From contig CAVRCJ010000010.1 of NCBI GenBank assembly GCA_963719515.1, positions 320,001 to 384,000 on the forward strand: a stretch of DNA of 64,000 nt. The letters run 5' to 3'. This document shows positions 27,077 to 36,921 of the stretch, one piece after another. The notes below the pieces were generated by a model. That model saw nothing but the letters and a program-made list of their open reading frames with translations, did no database searches and had not been told where the DNA came from. This DNA comes from an uncultured cyanobacterium. GTDB taxonomy: Bacteria > Cyanobacteriota > Cyanobacteriia > CAKZMO01. Position numbers and translations under genes: made by a program. Positions within the stretch are counted from its first letter, which is position 1. Each line of letters begins with the position of its first letter.

Positions 27077-27102
27077 GGATCCAAACTTGGAGTCTAAGCG
27101 TA
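27077..27102 (+). promoter_or_regulatory. Putative ECF-sigma promoter of the CHRD gene
   Basis: GGATCC-N16-CGTA ending 35 bp upstream of ATG 27138. Confidence 0.7.
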
Positions 27103-27137
27103 GTATTAAGTGAGTCCAAACATCGGGAAAGTATTTA

Positions 27138-27674
27138 ATGACAACGAAGCTCAACGGTCTTAAACTGGTGCTCGGCACCGTTGTTTTAGGCCTCGGAATT
27201 GCGCTGCCTCAAACCGCTAGAGCGGGTCACACAAACGTCATCCTCTCAACAGAGCTAGACGGCAGCGCCGAAGTTGCTGGCGATGGTGATACCAGCCAGC
27301 TAGTGGGAGATGCCACCGGCACGGGAGAAGCCTACGTTTTTGGCATTGACGGCGACGAGACTACGCTTTGCTACGTGCTCAACGTCTCTGGAATTCAGCA
27401 GGTGCCTGTGGGAAGCGGTATGGCAGCCCACATTCACGAGGGAGCAGCCGACGAGAATGGCCCCGTCGTTGCGGCTTTGGCTGGACCTGAAGACGGCAAT
27501 GCCGGTGACTGCCTGACTGAAGGCGAAGAGGGCAAGTTTCCTACAGGAGAAGCAGGAATTGTTCAGCGTATCTTGATGGATCCGGGGAGCTTTTACATCA
27601 ACGTGCACAATCCTCAGTTCCCCGATGGGGCTATTCGAGGACAGCTCTACAACGGCCAGAACCACACGCACTAG
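27138..27674 (+). CDS. Secreted CHRD domain protein
   Basis: Signal peptide ending ARA; LDGSAEV, AAHIHEG...NGPVV, FYINVH...P.GAIRGQL. Confidence 0.88.
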   Translation: MTTKLNGLKLVLGTVVLGLGIALPQTARAGHTNVILSTELDGSAEVAGDGDTSQLVGDATGTGEAYVFGIDGDETTLCYVLNVSGIQQVPVGSGMAAHIHEGAADENGPVVAALAGPEDGNAGDCLTEGEEGKFPTGEAGIVQRILMDPGSFYINVHNPQFPDGAIRGQLYNGQNHTH

Positions 27675-27699
27675 CCCTGTTCGACTGAATCTATGCACC

Positions 27700-27737
27700 A
27701 TCGCCACCAAGCCCATTTCGGCTTGGTGGCGATTTTT
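27700..27737 (+). terminator. Rho-independent terminator after the CHRD gene
   Basis: 14-bp stem atcgccaccaagcc/ggcttggtggcgat followed by a T-tract. Confidence 0.8.
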
Positions 27738-27739
27738 AA

Positions 27740-29137
27740 CTGGTAGACGGGAAGTCCCGCGCTGTATGCGCAGCATCAGCGTCGGGATGAGAGGCGCGTG
27801 AGCCGTAGGCGAGCGATTAAGGAGTGTCTCACTACTCCTTAAAAACGCTATAATCGAGGTATGTTGACCTTGAACTACTCCTACAGAATTTATCCGTCTG
27901 TTGAGCAGGAAGCCCGTATGGTCTGTTGGCTTGAGACCTGTCGCGGCGTCTACAACTATGCGCTGCGCGAACGCAAGGACTGGGTAAAGTCGAGAAGCTG
28001 TGCGGCTAATGCCTGCTCGCTTCAGTCGGAGTACGTCATGGCGGCGGACGCGCCATATCCTGACTACTACAAGCAGCAAAATGCGCTGACTGCGGCTAAG
28101 AAGGTATTTCCTCACCTGAAGGACGTGCAGTCTCAGGTGCTTCAAGAGCCTATTCGCAGGGTAGAGGCAGCATTTGCTGCGAGGAAGGAGAGAGGCCACG
28201 GTTTCCCGCGCTTCAAAAAGTTTGGGCAGTACCGCTCGTTCCTCTTTCCGCAGTTCAAGGAAAACCCGGTGACGGGTAGCCAAATCAAGTTGCCTAAGCT
28301 AGGCACGATGCGCATCGTTCTGCACCGCCCTATCCCAGAAGGGTTTGCGGTGAAAACGGTGCGCATCATCAAAAAGCATTCGGGGTGGTACGCTACCGCG
28401 AGTATTCAAGCTGATGTCAATGTTCCTGATGCCATCCCTGCTGGGGACAGCATTGGTATTGATGTCGGGCTTGAGTATTTCCTGTCCACTTCCAACGGTT
28501 TGCAGGTAGAGCGCCCGCGCTTTTTCGGTAAGCTGCAGCGCAAGCTTAAATTGCTGCAACGCAGGCTGAAGAATAAGCAGCGGCGCTCGAATAACCGCGC
28601 CAAGCTCATCGGAAGAATTGGACGGGTGCATGAGCAGATAGCCGCTTGCCGCCTTGACTGGCAGTTCAAGCTGGCCCACAAGCTTTGTGACCAGGCCCAG
28701 ATCATCTTCGTGGAAGACCTTGACTTTCGCATCATGGCGAAAGGGATGCTGGGTAAACACACACTCGATGCTGGCTTGGGGCAGTTCATAAACCAGGTCT
28801 TGCCATGGGTGTGCTTCAAGCGCGGCGTCTATTACGGCAAGGTTGACCCGTATGGCACCTCTCAGGAGTGCCCAGACTGCGGCGCTGTGGTCAAAAAATC
28901 GTTGGGCGATCGCGTTCATCGTTGTGGTGAATGCGGGTCGCTCAAGCCGAGAGATATTGCCGCTGCTCAAGTCATCAACGCCCGTGGAATTTCGGGTATT
29001 CAAATTGCCTGTGGAGTCGAGGTAGCGGGGATGTGGGAAACCATATCTAGCCAACTGGCCCAGAAGCAGGAAGCTCATCGGGTGACCGATGAAGCCCGCG
29101 CTCTATCGCATCAGCGATGAGCGTCGGGAGTATTCAC
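27740..29137 (+). mobile_element. IS200/IS605-family element carrying tnpB only (IS1341-type)
   Basis: Subterminal hairpins CCCGCGCT...AGCGTCGGG at both ends, right end TCAC, TTTAA immediately upstream; no tnpA. Confidence 0.92.
27861..29120 (+). CDS. tnpB: RNA-guided endonuclease TnpB
   Basis: YSYRIYP HTH start, FPRFKK, RuvC GIDVG / FVEDL / PRDIAAA, zinc finger CPDCG..CGECG; TATAAT 6 nt before the ATG suggests a leaderless mRNA. Confidence 0.95.
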   Translation: MLTLNYSYRIYPSVEQEARMVCWLETCRGVYNYALRERKDWVKSRSCAANACSLQSEYVMAADAPYPDYYKQQNALTAAKKVFPHLKDVQSQVLQEPIRRVEAAFAARKERGHGFPRFKKFGQYRSFLFPQFKENPVTGSQIKLPKLGTMRIVLHRPIPEGFAVKTVRIIKKHSGWYATASIQADVNVPDAIPAGDSIGIDVGLEYFLSTSNGLQVERPRFFGKLQRKLKLLQRRLKNKQRRSNNRAKLIGRIGRVHEQIAACRLDWQFKLAHKLCDQAQIIFVEDLDFRIMAKGMLGKHTLDAGLGQFINQVLPWVCFKRGVYYGKVDPYGTSQECPDCGAVVKKSLGDRVHRCGECGSLKPRDIAAAQVINARGISGIQIACGVEVAGMWETISSQLAQKQEAHRVTDEARALSHQR

Positions 29138-29183
29138 CTCCGTGGGGGTGCGGCACAGTCGCTGACCCCTAAGGCCGCCAAAG

Positions 29184-31744
29184 CTAGCTCTTGCTGAGCT
29201 TGCAGGTCAGCCCGTTGTCCAGGTTGCCAGCTCCCGACATCGCATCCGATAAATTGATGGACTGGGGCGACACCTTCCAGATCTCGTCGCAATACTCTTG
29301 GACAGAGCGATCTGAAGAGAATACACCCATGCGGACCGAGTTCAAGATAGACAGTTTCGTCCAGTGGTCTGTATCGCAGTAAGCCCGACTCACCGACTCT
29401 TGGCAGTCGACGTAGGACTGATAATCTGCCAGTAGGGCAAAGGGATCGTGGTGAAGCAGCTTACCGAGAAGCGGCTCGAACAGGGCCGTATCTCCGTGGG
29501 AAAAATGGCCCGATGCAATCAGGTCAATCGCGTCTTTGAGCACGGGGTTGGTGCGGTAGTAGTCCTGAGGGTTGTAGCCTTCCGCTTTGAGATCCTGAAT
29601 TTGCTGCGCCGTGAGGCCGAACAGGAAAAAGTTCTCTGCGCCAACGGCCTCACGAATTTCTACGTTGGCGCCGTCTAGGGTGCCAATGGTAAGGGCACCA
29701 TTCATCGCAAATTTCATGTTGCCGGTACCGGAGGCCTCGAACCCAGCAGTAGAAATTTGCTCTGACAGGTCTGACGCAGGGTAGATCTTTTGGCTGTTGG
29801 TGACGTTGTAGTTGGGCAAAAACACCACCCGCATTTGATTGCGCAGTTCTGGGTCGCGGTTGATCATGTCCGCTACCGAAGTGATCAACTTGATCATCAG
29901 CTTGGCCATGTGGTAGCCCGGTGCCGCCTTGCCGCTGAAGATAAAGGTGCGGGGCGTAATTTGCAGCGACGGGTTTTGCTTAAGCTGGCTGTAGAGGGTA
30001 ACGATATGGAGCGCGTTGAGGTGCTGCCGCTTGTATTCGTGAATGCGCTTCACCTGCACGTCGAACAGCGACAGGGGGTCGACTAAGATGTCCATTTTGC
30101 TGTGAATATGGCTCGCCAAATCGCGCTTAATGGCCTGCTTAATATCTCGCCATTCCTGCCGAAAGCTACTGTCATCGGCCATGGGTTCGAGGCGCTTGAG
30201 TTCGTCAAGGTGTTTGACCCAGGTGTCCCCAATGTGGCTAGACACTAGTTTTGTCAGGCGGGGATTGCTCAGGGCCATCCAGCGCCGGGGGGTGACGCCG
30301 TTGGTTTTGTTGCAGAACCGGTCTGGAAACAGCTCGTAGAAATCTTTGAGTACGGTTTGCTTGAGCAGTTCGCTGTGGAGCTCGGCGACGCCGTTGATAG
30401 TGTGGCTGCTGACGCAGGCCAGGTTGGCCATTCGCACGTAGCGATCGCCGCTCTCATCGATGAGTGACATCCGCGCCAGCCGCTCGGGGTCTTTGGGAAA
30501 CTTCATCCGCACCAGATCTAGAAAGCGGGCGTTGATTTCATAGATGATTTCTAGATGGCGCGGCAGCAGCCTGCCAAACAGGCTGACGGGCCATTTCTCA
30601 AGAGCCTCGGGCATCAGGGTGTGATTGGTGTACGCTAGGGTCTTTTGGGTAATCTCCCAAGCCCTGTTCCAGGTCAGCCCTGCATGTCTAACAGCAGTCG
30701 CATCAGCTCAGCCGCTGCGATCGCTGGGTGGGTATCGTTGAGCTGAATGGCAAATTTCTCGTGAAATTTTTCTACAGGGACGTCCTGCCTCTCCAAAATC
30801 CTGAACATGTCTTTGAGAGAACAGGATACGAAGAAATGCTGCTGCTCCAAGCGCAGCTGCTTCCCGGCCACCGTATCGTCATTGGGGTACAACACCTTGG
30901 TTAGGTTCTCAGAAGAGACTTTCTCTTCCACTGCTCCGTAGTAGTTACCCTCATTGAAGACGGCGAAGTCAAACGACTCATTTGCCTCAGCCTTCCACAG
31001 CCGCAGCGTATTGGCTGTATTCACCTGGTAGCCCAGTATGGGCGTATCATAAGGAACCCCCAACACCTCTCTTTCAGGCACCCAGCGAACGCGGTAGCAA
31101 CCGGACCGATCGGTGTAGGCCTCGGTGTAGCCGCCGAATTTCACCGCCTGCCCCCATTCTGGGCGCACCACTTCCCAAGGGTTGCCGTAGCGCAGCCACT
31201 TATCGGTGCGCTCGACCTGCCAGCCCTCCTTGAGGTCCTGCTGAAAAATGCCAAATTCGTAGCGAATGCCGTAGCCCAGCGACGGGACTTCTAGCGCGGC
31301 CATGGAGTCGAGGTAGCAGGCCGCCAAACGTCCCAAACCACCATTGCCTAACCCTGGCTCCACTTCCTGGGACAGCAGCTGATCAAAGTCTAGGCCTAGC
31401 TCTTCAATGGCCTGCTTCGCGGGCTCATAGATGCCCATGTTGATCAAGTTGTTGCCCAGGTGCGGCCCCATCAAAAACTCTGCTGACAGGTAGCACACCG
31501 TGCGCGCTTTCTTCTGGGTATAGCCTGCAGCGGTGCTGTTCCAGCGCTGCAGCATGCGATCGCGTACGACATAGGCCAAAGCCGTGTAGTAATCGTGCTG
31601 CGTTGCCAGGGTCACCGGCTTTCCCTGAACAAAAAACAGATTGTTCAAAAAAGAGCGCTTGATGGCTTCAACCGTAATCCCGGTGCGGCTGCCATCAAAT
31701 TTTGCTGCGCGATCTAGGCTAGAAGAGGGCTGAGCGATATCCAT
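29184..31744 (-). CDS. glgP: Glycogen phosphorylase, with a single-base frameshift near 30678
   Basis: [47 protein letters not shown]; one added G in a GGG run joins the two ORFs. Confidence 0.93.
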
Positions 31745-32053
31745 GGCGATTTCGACTCGTAATTGGGCGAACTATTGTATCTATAGTCACAATTAATTCA
31801 CAGCAAATTCTCACGTTTTGTCGCATTGGCTACAACTTCAGTAAAGCTTAAGATGTAGCCGACAGCTGGCGCGGGAGTTGCCTAGAGCGAGAGTTGCCTC
31901 TATCGGCGGCAGCTGGTCTCAGCCGCCCAGACAGTCTGGTCCGATGACCTTTAGCCCTGATAGCGGCCTTTAGCCACAGCTCGAATTGAATTGGACCGAG
32001 GCTTTATACTGGTATGCTGTGGCCTCTGAATTCGCGACCCCTACCTACGACCT

Positions 32054-33145
32054 ATGCTTAGAGCCGGAATTGTCGGACTGCCCAACGTCGGCAAATCAAC
32101 ATTATTTAACGCCGTCGTCGCCAACGCTAAAGCGCAGGCGGCCAATTTCCCCTTTTGCACCATCGAGCCCAACGTGGGCGTGGTGGCGGTTCCCGACGAG
32201 CGCCTTAACGCCCTCACCCAAATCTCTGAGTCCGACCAGACTGTTCCTGCCCGCATCGAATTTGTAGATATTGCGGGGCTGGTGAAGGGGGCAAGCCAGG
32301 GGGAGGGCTTGGGCAACCAGTTCTTGGCCAACATCCGTGAGGTAGACGCCATTATTCACGTGGTGCGCTGCTTTGATGACGACGACATTATTCATGTGTC
32401 AGGCTCTATCGACCCGGTGCGGGATATCGAGGTGATCAATCTAGAGCTAGCGCTGGCAGACCTCAGTCAGATCGAGCGCCGCATCGAGCGCATCCGCAAG
32501 CAGGCCCGCTCTAATAAAGAGGCTCAAATAGAGTTGACCATTTTAGAAAAGCTGCAGCCAGTGCTGGACGGCGGGCAGCCGGCGCGGCAGGTAGAGCTAG
32601 ACGAAGAAGAGGAGCTAATCATCAAACCCCTGGGTCTACTGACCCGCAAGCCGATTATCTACGCCGCCAACGTATCTGAAGACGACCTAGCCACAGGTAA
32701 CGACTGGGTAGAGAAGGTGCGGGGGGTGGCCAGGGCTGATGGAGCCCAGGTGGTCATTGTCTCGGCGCAGGTGGAGGCGGAGCTAGTGGAGCTATCCAAC
32801 GAGGAACGAGCTGATTTCTTAGAGGCCCTCGGGGTAAGCGAAGGTGGCCTGAAAACTCTAATTCGCGCCACCTATGAGCTGCTGGGGCTGCGCACCTACT
32901 TCACAACCGGACCGAAAGAGACCCGCGCTTGGACCATTCGCGCCGGGATGGTAGCCCCCCAGGCGGCAGGGGTGATCCACACTGATTTTGAGCGGGGCTT
33001 CATTCGGGCAGAGACGGTGGCCTATGGTGACTTGGTTGAATCGGGCTCCATGGGAACGGCGAAAGATAAGGGACTGGTGCGCAGTGAAGGGAAAGAGTAC
33101 GTCGTCAAAGAGGGCGATGTGATGCTGTTTCGGTTTAACGTTTAG
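32054..33145 (+). CDS. ychF: Redox-regulated ATPase YchF
   Basis: GLPNVGKSTLFN, NFPFCTIEPN, DIAGLV, FIRAE, FRFNV. Confidence 0.97.
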   Translation: MLRAGIVGLPNVGKSTLFNAVVANAKAQAANFPFCTIEPNVGVVAVPDERLNALTQISESDQTVPARIEFVDIAGLVKGASQGEGLGNQFLANIREVDAIIHVVRCFDDDDIIHVSGSIDPVRDIEVINLELALADLSQIERRIERIRKQARSNKEAQIELTILEKLQPVLDGGQPARQVELDEEEELIIKPLGLLTRKPIIYAANVSEDDLATGNDWVEKVRGVARADGAQVVIVSAQVEAELVELSNEERADFLEALGVSEGGLKTLIRATYELLGLRTYFTTGPKETRAWTIRAGMVAPQAAGVIHTDFERGFIRAETVAYGDLVESGSMGTAKDKGLVRSEGKEYVVKEGDVMLFRFNV

Positions 33146-33196
33146 ACGTTTGGGATTGGACGCTTAGAATTTGTTTATATGGGGAGGCCAAGGCTG

Positions 33197-34258
33197 ATGT
33201 CAGAGTCGCTGCGTGATTTAAAGGCGTCGCTGGGAGCGACGTTTGAGGCTGAGTCAGAGATTGCCCTCAGCTTTGACAGCGATGGAGCCGCTCGGGAGGC
33301 CGTGGCGTCAGGGGTAGCCCTGTGCGATCGCTCCCACTGGGGACGCATTGAAGTTTCGGACGGCGATCGCATTCGCTTCTTGCACAACCAAAGCACCAAC
33401 GACTTCATGACCCTGAAGCCAGGGCAAGGCTGTGAGACGGTGTTTGTGACCTCCACCGCCCGCACGGTGGACCTAGTGAGTGCCTATGCCCTAGAGGAGA
33501 CCGTGCTGCTGCTGTGCCACCCCAGCTGTCGCCAGTCCCTGATGGCCTGGATGGACCGGTTTATCTTTTTCTCAGACAAAGTGCAGCTAACGGACGTGAC
33601 CGAGAGGACGGCGGCGTTTAGCGTCATGGGACCGGGGAGCGACGGACTGCTTCAGAATTTGGGGCTAGAGGGCGTTACGGATCAACCGCCGCAGTCCCAC
33701 GCGTCCTTTGCGCTAGACAATCTGACGGTGAGGGTCGCTGTAGGGAGTGGTTTGGCCACTCCGGGCTACACGCTATTCGCTGAGGCTGACCAGGCCGCTG
33801 ACCTGTGGCAACGGCTAACGGCAGCGGGCGCGGTGCCTTTAGGCGATCGCCTTTGGGAGGAGCTACGGGTGGTGCAGGGCCGTCCAGCGCCGGGGCAAGA
33901 GCTCACTGAGGACTACAATCCGCTAGAGGCGGGGCTATGGCAAGGGGTGTCGTTTAATAAGGGCTGCTACATCGGGCAGGAAACCATTGCGCGGCTGAAC
34001 ACTTACGGCGGAGCGAAGCAGCAGCTTTGGGGGCTGAGGCTCAGCGGAGCGGCAGCGGTGGGGGAGCGCATCACCCACGATGGGGAGCGCGCTGGGGTGG
34101 TGACCAGCGTAGTGGAAACCCCCGAGGGCTGGGTAGGGCTGGGATATGTGCGCTCAAAGGTCGGCGGTGCGGGGCTAACGGTGCAGGTGGGCCAAGTACA
34201 GGGAACGGTGATGGAGGTGCCGTTTTTGACGCGGCAAGAAACGGTGGAGACGCTGTAA
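33197..34258 (+). CDS. ygfZ: Folate-binding protein YgfZ
   Basis: KGCYIGQE signature and GcvT-like fold motifs. Confidence 0.9.
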   Translation: MSESLRDLKASLGATFEAESEIALSFDSDGAAREAVASGVALCDRSHWGRIEVSDGDRIRFLHNQSTNDFMTLKPGQGCETVFVTSTARTVDLVSAYALEETVLLLCHPSCRQSLMAWMDRFIFFSDKVQLTDVTERTAAFSVMGPGSDGLLQNLGLEGVTDQPPQSHASFALDNLTVRVAVGSGLATPGYTLFAEADQAADLWQRLTAAGAVPLGDRLWEELRVVQGRPAPGQELTEDYNPLEAGLWQGVSFNKGCYIGQETIARLNTYGGAKQQLWGLRLSGAAAVGERITHDGERAGVVTSVVETPEGWVGLGYVRSKVGGAGLTVQVGQVQGTVMEVPFLTRQETVETL

Positions 34259-34391
34259 CCCCAGGAATAAAGCGTGAGCGCGCCCCCACGCTCGCTCAGA
34301 TATATTGCTCAGAGAAAGGCTCTCGGCTCAAAGCCTTGACGTTGTGTAGGCGATGGGGCACACAATTGTCCTAATGCATCAAGACTGCCCT

Positions 34392-34931
34392 ATGACTTCA
34401 GACTTAAATATTTCCCTGGACGCTCTGCCCTTCATCTCCTACATCGACGATGTCGGTCAGCTGCCCGACACGCTCGATAAAGTTGGAATTTACGCCATCT
34501 TCGATGCGGACAAGACCCTCCAATTTGTGGGCTATTCCCGTGATATTGGCCTTAGCCTCAGGCAACACATCATCCGCTGTCCTCAGCAGTGCCACTGGCT
34601 GAAGGCCCACACGATTGAGCGGCCCAAGCGCTCAACGCTAGAGGATATCGAGGCGGCTTGGCTGGCGGAAAATGGCGAGGTGCCTTGGGGAAACCGCGAC
34701 GGGGAGACCGCCTGGATACAGCCCGTAGACGCCAAACTACAGATGACTGACGATGAGCGGCGAGCCTACGCTAAAGCGCCCGGCGAATTAGAGCAGATGA
34801 AAACCCTGAAGCGCGTCGCTCGCCGGGTGGAGGAGGCGATCGCCGCTCAGCTACAGGGGCGGGGGCTGCAGGAGCAGATCCGATTTGACCCCAAGCTTAA
34901 AGAGCAGGGACTGTTGGGCGTTAAGCCTTAA
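34392..34931 (+). CDS. GIY-YIG-like domain protein
   Basis: GIYAIFD...FVGYSR..R motif. Confidence 0.75.
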   Translation: MTSDLNISLDALPFISYIDDVGQLPDTLDKVGIYAIFDADKTLQFVGYSRDIGLSLRQHIIRCPQQCHWLKAHTIERPKRSTLEDIEAAWLAENGEVPWGNRDGETAWIQPVDAKLQMTDDERRAYAKAPGELEQMKTLKRVARRVEEAIAAQLQGRGLQEQIRFDPKLKEQGLLGVKP

Positions 34932-34981
34932 GCGCAGCGCTTATCTAGTACAGCCGCAGCGTGCTGTGACCAACGCTGCCC

Positions 34982-35263
34982 CTACTTAGAGCCGTAGTAA
35001 AACGCCATCTCTTTGGGCTTCAGCGGCGCGAACTCCGCCGCTTTCAGCTTTTGATTGAGCTCCTCTTGGCTCAAGTGCTTAGCGCCGATGCGCACGATAC
35101 GCGATCGCATTGTGTTGGTCACGCCGCTGCGCTGCCGTCCGGCCTCTAGGGCCATGACCTCGGTGTAGAGGTTGAGTTTGTCGGCAGGAATGGGGCTGCC
35201 GTCGAGGTCTTGACCTTCAGCGATGGCAACGTCAACTGCGTCGGCCCCTGTCGTCGTAGACAT
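34982..35263 (-). CDS. Conserved cyanobacterial protein (DUF4090-like)
   Basis: GADAVD.AI..G.DLDGSPIP...RQRSGV.NTMRSRIVRIGAKH. Confidence 0.7.
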   Translation of the reverse strand: MSTTTGADAVDVAIAEGQDLDGSPIPADKLNLYTEVMALEAGRQRSGVTNTMRSRIVRIGAKHLSQEELNQKLKAAEFAPLKPKEMAFYYGSK

Positions 35264-35339
35264 GGCAAATCAGCCTAAAATACTACGCCCCGAATTGTAT
35301 CAGGGTTTGGGCCCTCAGCTTTTTTCTAGGTGCCCTGCC

Positions 35340-35618
35340 CTAGGCGTCACCGTCCACCCACAGCAGCCTCACCGCCATGAGGGCAAAGCCCAGCGCCGCC
35401 GCCGTTTTCACCCAGCGAATGGGCAGCAGCGCTGCCGCCCCGTCGCCAATCCACACGCCCAAGAATGAAGTGAGCAGCAGAGCGCTCACCGCACCCGCGA
35501 ACACAGGCCATAAAGATGAGGCGCTGCCGCTGAGGGCGATCGCCGCGAGCTGGCTTTTATCTCCTAGCTCAGAGATGAACACCGTGATAAAGCTGAGTCC
35601 GAGTAGGTTCCAGTCCAT
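35340..35618 (-). CDS. TMEM165/GDT1 (UPF0016) half-transporter
   Basis: ELGDKSQ motif, three TM segments. Confidence 0.9.
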   Translation of the reverse strand: MDWNLLGLSFITVFISELGDKSQLAAIALSGSASSLWPVFAGAVSALLLTSFLGVWIGDGAAALLPIRWVKTAAALGFALMAVRLLWVDGDA

Positions 35619-35682
35619 TAGAGTTTAGCCGTATAGCTTGCCAAAGGTTTAAAAAGCGCCGAGAGTCTACTGACAGCACCTG

Positions 35683-36063
35683 TCACAGATGCACCACATC
35701 CCACAGCAGCAGCAGCGAGATAAAGGCTAAAATTGCGCCGGTTGTGGTTTCTAGAGTTTCGACGGAGACCCGCTTAGAGAGCCAGCGACCGACTCCGACC
35801 CCAATTAAAGTCGTCAAAATCAGCGCGGATCCTGCCCCTAGAAAAACGGTTAGGGGGGATTGAGACTCGGCGCTCATCAGCAGGGTAGTGAGCTGGGTCT
35901 TATCCCCTAGCTCCGCCACAAAAATAGTGACGAACGTCGTTAGGAAAAGCCTTAAGCTCCCCAGCGATGCCGCTTCAGGTGGGGCGGGCTGATCGGCAGG
36001 TGCCATATCTGCCGTCTGAACAACGCCAGAGCAATCATCAATATTCTCGGTGTCTTGCGGCAT
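35683..36063 (-). CDS. TMEM165/GDT1 (UPF0016) half-transporter
   Basis: ELGDKTQ motif, three TM segments. Confidence 0.9.
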   Translation of the reverse strand: MPQDTENIDDCSGVVQTADMAPADQPAPPEAASLGSLRLFLTTFVTIFVAELGDKTQLTTLLMSAESQSPLTVFLGAGSALILTTLIGVGVGRWLSKRVSVETLETTTGAILAFISLLLLWDVVHL

Positions 36064-36126
36064 GGCAGAATAAAACTAACCGGGCTTAGCTGACCGGCCT
36101 GTACGGCGGGAAAGAGCTGACCCATT

Positions 36127-36489
36127 CTAGCCCGAATCAGCCGCCGCGATCGCCTGCGTAAAGCGAACCATCTCCGAGCTGCAATCGCCCCGAACCGATT
36201 CGATCTGCTCAACGCAGCAGGCGATCGCAAAATCGTCTAGCTCCTCGGGAGCAATGCCGTACATCTCGCTAAACACATCGGGCTCGACGCGGCAAAAACG
36301 AGGGCGATCGGCGTAGATACGGCAGCGTCGCGACGGCGCGTCGAAGTGAACACACCAGCCATCTTCACCCACCAGGCTCAAGTACAGCAGCAGCTCGTCC
36401 TTCGAGAGATATTCGTTTAGGTCAGGCCGCTCTAGCGGATTGAGATAGCAACATGAGCCGCAGCTGTCGATACATTGCCAAGTTGCCAT
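36127..36489 (-). CDS. YkgJ-family cysteine cluster protein
   Basis: CxxxCGxCC...C...CRIY..RP.FCR...CC. Confidence 0.88.
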   Translation of the reverse strand: MATWQCIDSCGSCCYLNPLERPDLNEYLSKDELLLYLSLVGEDGWCVHFDAPSRRCRIYADRPRFCRVEPDVFSEMYGIAPEELDDFAIACCVEQIESVRGDCSSEMVRFTQAIAAADSG

Positions 36490-36617
36490 AGCGTTACGAG
36501 GGTTGCTTTAGTGACGATGGAGTTAATGTTGAGGGGCGGACGCGCCTGAATCAGGTAAAATGTGTTGCAGATTCTGTCTCAAGACAACCTTTTTCTTAGT
36601 CTACTTTAGGAGGCGCT

Positions 36618-36749
36618 ATGAGCTTTATAACAAACGCAATCGGCGGATTAAACTTTGAAGCCATTATTCAGCTAACGCTGGTGGGGATGATCATGATCTC
36701 CGGTCCCATCGTCATTTTTCTGCTTGCAGCCAGCCGAGGTGATTTGTAA
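36618..36749 (+). CDS. psb30: Photosystem II reaction centre protein Psb30 (Ycf12)
   Basis: Manual translation MSFITNAIGGLNFEAIIQLTLVGMIMISGPIVIFLLAASRGDL; AGGAGG RBS; below the ORF-track cutoff. Confidence 0.92.
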   Translation: MSFITNAIGGLNFEAIIQLTLVGMIMISGPIVIFLLAASRGDL

Positions 36750-36921
36750 GAGCGCGCTTTAAGCATCACTATTGACCGAGAGCGGCGGTAGCCTGCCCTT
36801 GCGCCGAGGGATACCGCTATCGAGCGCAAATCGTCCCTCTTCCTAAGAATCCCTTAAGAAAGTCGACCAAGATTTCCAGAGCGAAATGCTAAGATTGCCA
36901 TGACTGCTCTGAGGGTTTGAC

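Noticed and set aside
27300..29078. Long antisense ORFs over tnpB/CHRD and other overlapping ORF-track entries
   Set aside because: Shadow frames of well-supported genes in GC-rich DNA, with no motifs.
26046..29120. TnpB near an ECF sigma factor as an RNA-guided transcription system (nuclease-dead TnpB/Cas12f type)
   Set aside because: All three RuvC acidic residues are intact, the gene sits within complete IS ends with sibling copies elsewhere, and the sigma has its own anti-sigma. The adjacency is a chance insertion.
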